DNA from: the human T2T-CHM13v2.0 reference genome, Homo sapiens
Assembly (NCBI RefSeq): GCF_009914755.1
Contig: NC_060932.1
DNA length: 64,000 bases
Strand: one strand, 5' to 3'
Below are positions 55,481 through 64,000 of this stretch, in pieces. A model generated the notes under the pieces. It ran no database searches and was not told the origin of the DNA. It saw only the letters and a list, made by a program, of their open reading frames with translations. The translations under genes and the position numbers were made by a program. How positions within the stretch are numbered: position 1 is the stretch's first letter; every line of letters starts with the position of its first letter.

Positions 55481-56475
55481 CAAGGGAGGTGTTTAATAGA
55501 GTAATGTAGTACTGGACTCAGTAGGTTTATTCCTTGCTTTCTCTCTCTCTCTCTCTCTCTCTCCAGATCAATGCCACAAGTGTCTTCTCGCTCACTTCAA
55601 AAGTGATGATGCAATTTCTTGCTGTCACTTAGAGTTCACTGTCTTCATTATAATTGTGTTTTTGTCTCTTTGGCTCCAACCCTTTATGCAAGGGCTTCAA
55701 AGAATGGTTTGTTCTGCTTTCTGGTTTTATGTCTTTTTATTACACCATAGTGCAGTCTTAAAAACCCTTAGTCCTTAACATTTCCAAAACAATCTGCAAA
55801 TATTAGCTAACCAATTCGCATCTTGACCCCGGGAGGCTGGGTCAGTGTGATTATTTCGGCTTTATAGATGAGCGAACTGGATGGGGAAGGTTGAAGGATT
55901 TGCTTGGGTTTGCAAAATAAAGCAGAGAGCAAGTGCATCATTCACAAGAGGATCATTCCTGACTGATCATATTTCTGTTCTTGAGAAGCAGCTGGTGGAA
56001 AAGAGGAGGATGGTGTGGGTCAGGGGAAGTCAGAGGAGAATTTTACGGTCTTCGGCAAGACACATCACGAACATGAGCTGGTTTCCTCACTGGATATAAT
56101 TATCTATTTATGTGTCTCCTGCCTGTTGAGTGATTCCTGAGGAAAGGAATAGACAAAAACTCAATGTTATAATAAGCACAATACCTGACATATAGTATGT
56201 GTTTAGTAACAATATATGTGTCTAGAATTTAGAAGGTGATAGAAATACAGACTGCTTTCCCTCCCCAAGTGTTTCTACCTGACTAGAGTATGATGCAGCA
56301 TATTAGTCACATTTTTATTTATGTTTTATTTGTGGCTGTGGAGTTAGCCTATTTTCAAATTGTGTTTTCATTGCTTACATGCCTTTCAATTTTGAAAACA
56401 CTGCGTAATCTTAATAAGCCCTATTTTCTTAATCTGTAAAACAAAATAAAACAAAAAGAGCAATAACAGTATCTA

Positions 56476-56556
56476 TTCATAGACTTGTTGTGTCAGTGGG
56501 ACTGAAATGATCTGTTCTAATTATTTCAGTTCCCACTGACACAGCAACTCTATGAA
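56476..56556. other. 81-nt near-perfect inverted repeat (hairpin), left arm MIR-derived
   Basis: Arms of 35 and 36 nt, 10-nt loop, one mismatch, one bulge, two G:U pairs on the + strand. Confidence 0.9.
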
Positions 56557-56580
56557 ACCATCAATCCATCCCTGTCTTGA

Positions 56581-56946
<366 letters not shown>

Positions 56947-59459
56947 GTTATTTTTTATTTTTCTGCACTGTGCCAAGTAAGAGAGTCATCAAATGTTAAA
57001 GGTGACATACATATATACCTATGTGTGTGTGTGATATGAGAGAAGCACTCAATTCTTCCCTGTCCTGAATATATGAACACACAAAAGCATTTTTTTAATT
57101 TTTCTGCACTGTAGTAAGCAAAATCATCATCAATTGTTAAACGTGGCATACATACATATACGTGTGTTTGTGTGTGTGTGCGTGTGTGTGTTTGGGAACT
57201 TACTTCCTCCATACAAACATTAGAAATACCTGAGACTAGTTGGACTAAGGTTAACCGTATAGCAAATGTCAAAGGTCTAAGCCAACTTGGTTTGATAAAT
57301 GGAATTATTATATATTATACTAAACACTACTTGAAATCATTTGATAGGGCAAATTCCTTTTGTTGCCATGGAAGATATTAGAATAGGATTCCACCTATAC
57401 AAGCATTAGGACAGCTGTATGTAGCAGCATTTTGCCTGCACCTAGTATAGAACTTTGAAGCCATAGGTATTTATTAAATGTTTACTATTAGGATAATTTT
57501 CTTGGAAGTAGTTTTCACTAATAGCCATTTGAGAATAATATAAGAAGAAAAATGTGTTCACTATTTGGCATGAAATTGGTCAAAAATTTAACATTATAGT
57601 TATACTTACTGATATAAAATTAGAATAAAACTTCTTACATTTACAGATAAACGACTGATATACTAATCTGAAGATTACTTTGAGTACATTACAAGTCAGT
57701 TTTACCATTTTGTCATTTTATTCCGAAATATATTATTGATTTTGAAATCCACAGTATTAAAATATTATATTAATTTTCAAACTCACCAGATGTTGAATAT
57801 GTTAATCTTTTTTGAAATTTAGTTTCAGTATTTACTTTTGTGGCACTATTTACTATCAGTATCATAGGGTATTCTCTCCACAGGTTTTAAAAAGTCTAAT
57901 CATTTGCTTCAAATATATTTTGAACACCTGTAACACCCCTGAGAAAATGGAAATAATCTAGACTGTAGTTGAGCCAGAATTGGAAATCACTCGACGTTGA
58001 AGCTTCACTTGCAAAAGAGAAAATAAAGAAGCGCAAAGTATAAAACAATATAGATTCCTAACACCTACATTCTAGGTTTCCACTTTCAAAATTCTGATTC
58101 AGACTTCGCCTGCATCAGAGGAAAATAGATGAGAAAGAACACAAAATACAGTTTTAAGGAAAATGGATCAATAACATATTTCCCAGAAGAAGATTACAGA
58201 TACACTATGCAAATTTCTCTTGAATCTCTTGTTGAAGCAAGAACAGAACAGCAGAAGCCATATGAACATGGAACATTCTCCGAATTACCTCACCCTAAAA
58301 TAAGAAGGAAGAGGAAAAGGAAGTTGAACACACAGCAAAATAAACACTGAAATCTTTTCTAAAAGTACCCTGTACGTAGGTGTGTTCTTTTGAAATTAGA
58401 AGTTTTTTACATCCTTGAGTACCATAAGAACATGTTGTACTGGATTGAAGGAAGTTTATCTTTTAGATTGTGCCTCCATTTTTGGGTGTGGGGTATCAGA
58501 AAAATGCTAATAAAGCTCTTATGAGTTGCTTTTATTTGGGGGCATGTTGACTTGAAGCCCTGTTATAGGTCTATTTCCTTGACCATGATGGTACTGTCTA
58601 AATATGCAAACTTTCCGTGGGCAATAGACTATAAAATAAAATAAAAAATGATTATTAAAAACATATTATTCTTGTCCCATCTATTTACAGTTTAAAAGCT
58701 CTGTCTTTAATCTTTTTTTCTCTCTCTCTGCTTTCATTATTAACTTGTACATAGCTCCATTGCAGCAGACACATTTGAATTACATTTTCTGCTTGATAAA
58801 TTTCCAGTTCCCTATCTTTTCTTAAAGGTAACCCTGGAACTTAGAAGAAGGGCTGAGTAATTGAAGAATCTCAAATATTTATTAAATTGGTGGAAAAATA
58901 CAAATGAAGTTATTCTTTAAACATCTAAAAACATATTATTTGCCTATTATCATTGCAACAACATGCAACCTAACTAGACTGTAAAATGCCTGAAGTCCAT
59001 ACTATTTTCAGAGGAGTTGCCTCCAAAGCCACAGCAAGTGATTTTGATTTAGACTTAGATTTTGCTTTTGAGTGAAAGAGAGGCCATGCTCTTTTTAGGT
59101 GAGTTAGATTGACACGGCAAGCTTTTTGTTTTGTACGCTTCTAATTGGCTGTGGTTGAATTCTGTTTGGGAAGTGGTTGATGGGTTTGCATCATAAGCTA
59201 GTGTTAGGGTCTACTGATATAAAAATGAATAATATATGGCCTTGGATATTGAGAACTTACAGGTTAGTTATGGCAAATGGCTTTTCACCAATCATCTCAT
59301 AATGGAAGTATAAGTGCCTTAAAGGAATATAGATATTAAAGTAATTAATTAAATGGAGCTCATATAGGTAACTGATGGTAATGAAAACCAGGACACAAAC
59401 AAACAAAACATTAAAAAAATTAAGTTGTGCTTTAGTAACTAGAAAAGGAGCAAGAGATA

Positions 59460-59990
59460 TTTCAAATGGAGAAAATAGCATGATCAAAGGTAAGGGCATA
59501 TTGGTCTGAAACTCAAAATTATTTATCAAGAAGAGGTTCATTTTTGCACATATCAGAAAATCCAGAGTTTAAACATTACTGATATAGATTAAAATAAATA
59601 TCTTGTTCTTTCCGAGTCTCCTTTCTGTCATTCCCTGTATGCTGGCTTTTGACCTTGGGCTCTCCCTCTCATAATTACTGGATGCCTCAGTAGTTCTTAG
59701 TCTCATATTACAGAAACATCAAAATTCTTGGGTCATAAACATTATAGTATTGAGTTCTCTTTTACAAACAAGGAACCCTGCCTGGAAGCCCCTTATGTCT
59801 ATTGGCTAGAATTGTGTTATAAGTCAATTTTTCAATCAAACACTGGAATTGAAAATGGAAATTATATTATTGATTCAAAGTAATTAAGACTTGCTAGCAG
59901 GGCTGGGTCTATCTTCTCTAAAGAACCTGGTACCTGAACAAACGGAAGGTTCTTTCAACACGGAAGAAGTAAGTGTAAGGGTGAAGTGGG
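59460..59990. mobile_element. Old MaLR LTR (MLT1J/K/L-like)
   Basis: cttatgtctattggctagaattgtgttataagtc ... gggctgggtctatcttctc. Confidence 0.5.
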
Positions 59991-60204
59991 ATTAGGTTTT
60001 TGGGAGCATCCAAAAATGAGTAAGTAAAGAGTACAAATGAAATGCAATCATAGGGATATTAAGGAACTCTGAGCAATTTGACGTGGACAGACAATAGGAT
60101 TATTTGTCCAAGCCAAATATAAGGAGTTTGCATTCTGGGTGAGATAATTTGGGTACCCAAATTATTTTATCTTTTACTGGTAAGAAAAAATATGAAACAA
60201 GCAA

Positions 60205-60425
60205 AATTCAAAGTTTACTTACTTAATTACAATGTTCTTAGATGCTTGAGATCCATAAGCCTATGTATTTTCCTTACACATATTAGGAGACAGGTATTAT
60301 ATCCACTTTTCACATATGAAAAAAATGAGACTTGGGAGAAATCAATATACGCAAAGCTTCATCAGCTAAAAAAGAGTAGAATTGAAATTTAAACTTAGGT
60401 TGGTCTAGCTCCAAAGCCTGTGTGG
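60205..60425 (-). mobile_element. MIR
   Basis: gacaggtattatatccacttttcacatatgaaaaaaatgagactt ... aaacttaggttggtctagctccaaagcc. Similar MIRs at about 55835-55920, 61350-61640 and 63330-63530. Confidence 0.7.
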
Positions 60426-61879
60426 GTTCTAGTTCTGTGGAGGATGAGTTATCTGTGCATACCCCATTAGAATTTTATAAAACCTGTAAGGAAGATATTG
60501 TCATGGAGTAAGTTATTGTATTTTTCATATGCCTCTTCCTGTCTCTGGTTAAGAGGTGAAACAGAGTTGCAATAGCACTCAAAGGGATTTTCACTGAGGC
60601 AAGGAGGTGTGTACTTTGGTGACAGAATGCTCTCCCTACCTTCTGGGTCTCTTCTTTGCTGCCCACCATGATAGTAAAATTTAAGTTTGTCTCTGTCCTC
60701 TATTTTGAGGATGGTAGAGGATAATAGCCTAGAGAGAATTAGGAGGGACACATTCTTCAGTCATGGCTACTCAAGGAGCTTGTAGATCTGGCAATTGGGG
60801 CTCCTTCTCTGGGCCCTCATACATTAGAGAACGTTACTCCATTCCTCCTCTGCTGTGCCCCATCCCTTCTTGCCCCATCCCCTGAGGTCAAGGAGTTCAT
60901 GGGACAATTGGACCTATTGAAGCACCTAACCAGAACTCACTTCTTCTTTTCTAAACCACTGTTTGGAGACTCAGGTCTCTGAAATGTGTAATAGCCTCAT
61001 GCCCACTTGCAGGTACACATGGATCAGTATGCAAGAGTCTTTTACAGACTAACCTGTATGTGTACGTACTCTTCAGCATGACGGGTAGCAAAAAAGGTAT
61101 GTGCTTTCAGAAACTGGAGTGCTGTGGAGCTTGGCTTGGATGTGAGGAAGAGCTTGTCCACAGATATGTCCACCAGATCATTTTAAGATGACATGCTGCC
61201 AGGGGTCAAAGAGAAGGCAGGGGACCTCTATTTGTATTCTTGCCTCATGCCTTCTGAATACTATTAGTGGGCCTAAGGCTATCTGTAACTTACAAAGAAG
61301 AAGGAGTAAACAGAAGCTATACAAAGTTATATGGAATAAGGGCCAGCACATTAGTAATAATAGTAGCTAGCACCTATGTATCACATTCTGTGGGCTGTGC
61401 TCATTACATGTATTGGCACATTTAATCTTTATCACAACTCAGCCAAATAAGCTGTGATGTGAATTTAACCTCTTGTGTTGTGCAAAACATGGCATGATTT
61501 GACAGCCCCAGAAATTTATAATTTAGGGCACCATTGTGTTCTCCATTTTATACATAAGGGCCTTGAAACACAGAGATAAAGCAATTCACCCATAGACACC
61601 TGGTCAGATTTGTTCCCAAGCCATCTGCCTCTAAGTCTAAGTCTGTGTTTTAACCATTGCATCATTCTCACAGGTGGAAAGAAATTGAGAAAATTGTGTC
61701 AGGGATAGGTGTGTACTTCATTGTCTTCTTGTGCCATATTTTTAGGGCCTTTGACTTTAAGTGGCTAGTTCTAGAACCTGAGAGGCAAAGAAACCCAAAA
61801 CCGGCCTTTCTTTTGCCTAGCTGTAATCCATTTCCTACCCACGACCAGAGGAGCTCTTGTAAATATATCTGTACCACCT

Positions 61880-62420
61880 CTTGCTTAAGAACCCACAGTG
61901 GTTCCTTATTGCTCATCAATGGATGGAATTCCAACTGTTTAAACTGACTTGCAAAAAGTTTTAATATTTGGTAATCTGCTTAACTTCTAAAACTCCAATC
62001 TTTTCCTTGTCAACTTCCATTAGCATATTCTGCTATTTTCACTTCCTGACACTCATCATCTCTCCTTTGGGCATATGCTCACAGGGTTTTTACTGCCCAG
62101 ATCTGTTCACATTCCCCTACTCTCTTCTTCCACCCCCTTCTCCCAGTTAATCCCACTTATTCTTCATGGTTTTTTTTTTACCTCTTGTCACTTTTTTAAA
62201 GAAACCTACATTGACCAGTCTTCCTTTGTACTGTATGTTCATTAGCACCCTTGCAATGTTCCCTTTTGTAGCCCTCAGCAAACTTGGCTGACATTGCTTG
62301 TTTATTGTGTGTGTCATCCATAAAACTATACATAGCTTCACAGGAGGGACTTTGTATTGTTTTTCACTGAGTCCTCCACAGTCTAGTACATAGTATGTAA
62401 GCAAGAGTTGAACAAAAAAC
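61880..62420. mobile_element. L2 3' fragment (another at about 63740-64000)
   Basis: acccacagtggttccttattgctc ... agcttcacaggagggactttgtattgtttttcactgagtcctccacagtctagtacatagt. Confidence 0.65.
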
Positions 62421-64000
62421 TGAAAACTGTCATTATTTAAGGCTTAAGTTAACAAAATTTCAACAGCTCCCAAACCATGAACTCTAATTTTTGTAATAAT
62501 TAGCATTATGTTTGCTTTTTTATTCTATTTCTCTTGGCAGTTTGCAATGGTAGGACTTATAGTGAATGTTCACAGAGGAAAAAAATAGTAGGAAAATAAA
62601 TGGGGTACTCCTGGACACTTAGGTGATGAAAAATACAAAATTTTTAAAAATCAGGATTAGATTTAACACATTCTGACTAGTTCAGAGATTTTTTTTTGAA
62701 ACCATATGCTTATTACCATATTTTTCTGCCATTTTCTTTTCTTTTCTATTTCAATTTTAGCAGACACACACAGTTCACTTCCAATTTTAGGTATGGTACA
62801 AGAAATTTAACATATTTTTTCAGAAGCAAGGAAATTAATTTTTTGCATTTTCACTGACTTTTAGCATAAAACTACATACCCATGAGACATCAACAACAAC
62901 AACAAAAAAGCAAAACCATATAGTCTGAGCTTGAATATGACTAGATGAAAATTAAAACTATATGTTTTAAGAAAAGGCCACAAAATGACCTAAATTCATC
63001 CTCAGTTTATAAAAAGTATGGAGCAGTATTACAGGCAATAATGAAGAAGGTAAATAAAAACAGTGCGAACAAACTTAAAAGTGTTTCCAAATATTTACAT
63101 TTGCTTAGAGATTCTAGAAGAAAGTACTGATTTAAGCATTAGGCAATGAATGAGCACTTTTAATAACAATACAATACTGACACAAAGAGAAACAATCAGA
63201 AGACAGCTGCTTCTGTTCTGAAAAGCATGTGGAGTGTACACATTTGGCTTCAAAAGATAAAATGAAATTCTTGCTGGAAAAAAAAAGAAAAGAAAAGAAA
63301 ACAAGCATCAAGAGGCACAGTGTGTTGGGTAGAAGACAAAGATGAAGATTGATGATTACTTTTATAACGGTGATGCCACAAAATATTGAGACCCTGGGAG
63401 CCATCCTCAACCCAAACCTATGAGGTTGGGCTATCCATCTCTCATTTTCCTATAAAATGTGCACATAATATTTTAAAGCTCTAAAAATTACTCCGAGGCA
63501 TAGAATAAATAAGCTGTACTTCTGTTATCTCTACATTTCCTAAGTGCTGTGTGTTATGAGAAGTAATAAAAGCTTACAGAGACGTGGGCAGAATAGGAAA
63601 CAGCAATACAACAAGGCATAAATCCCCGAACCCTTATCAGAAGGAGTAAGCCAGTTTGGCCATCTGTAAAATGGGCTTGTGTAGCTGAATGAATTTGTAT
63701 GGTCCTGTTAAGACCGACCTATTCATTATGTAATAAATAATAATTTCATGAGCCCTCCTGTGGAACACACATTGTTTCAGGCTCTAATACACAATCCAGA
63801 TGTTAGTGTCAAGGAAAATATAACAATCAATTAATCATAAATAAATACGCACATGATTTAAGAAAAAAGTAGTCTATATACAAAGATAATAGAGTTAGGT
63901 ATTAAAAAGTAATTGGTTGAATAGGGAGATGGTGGATTTGAAAGAGAAATCTCAGTTGAGTATTATTTGAGCAATATGTGAAGAATCACAAAAATGTGGC

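Noticed and set aside
58129-58350. 73-aa ORF with an NLS-like basic cluster (KIRRKRKRK)
   Set aside because: No recognisable homology or convincing exon structure, and A-rich composition explains the Lys/Arg run.

Overview
Primate (catarrhine, human-like) non-coding genomic DNA: AT-rich and dense in Alu, L1, L2, MIR, MaLR/ERVL and ERV1 elements. I find no intact host protein-coding gene; the ORFs in the track are decayed retroelement frames, Alu or low-complexity artefacts, or chance frames. The main elements are a 5'-truncated L1PA/PB (about 2090-5325) and a 6.5-kb two-LTR provirus (14442-20935) with a tRNA-Phe PBS, decayed gag/pro/pol and env almost wholly deleted, most likely HERVH48/HERV-Fb with MER48 LTRs. 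The most unusual structure is a cluster of local self-templated rearrangements: two inverted duplications that each bracket a probably inverted 1-2.6 kb segment (28514-31635, about 95% identical arms; 44521-45892, about 97%), a perfect 13 x 33-bp VNTR that expanded in one arm only, three short direct duplications, a probable micro-inversion, and a MIR-derived 81-nt near-perfect hairpin (56476-56556). None of this demonstrates a new biological system. Repeat family names come from memory of consensus sequences, and identities were counted by eye.
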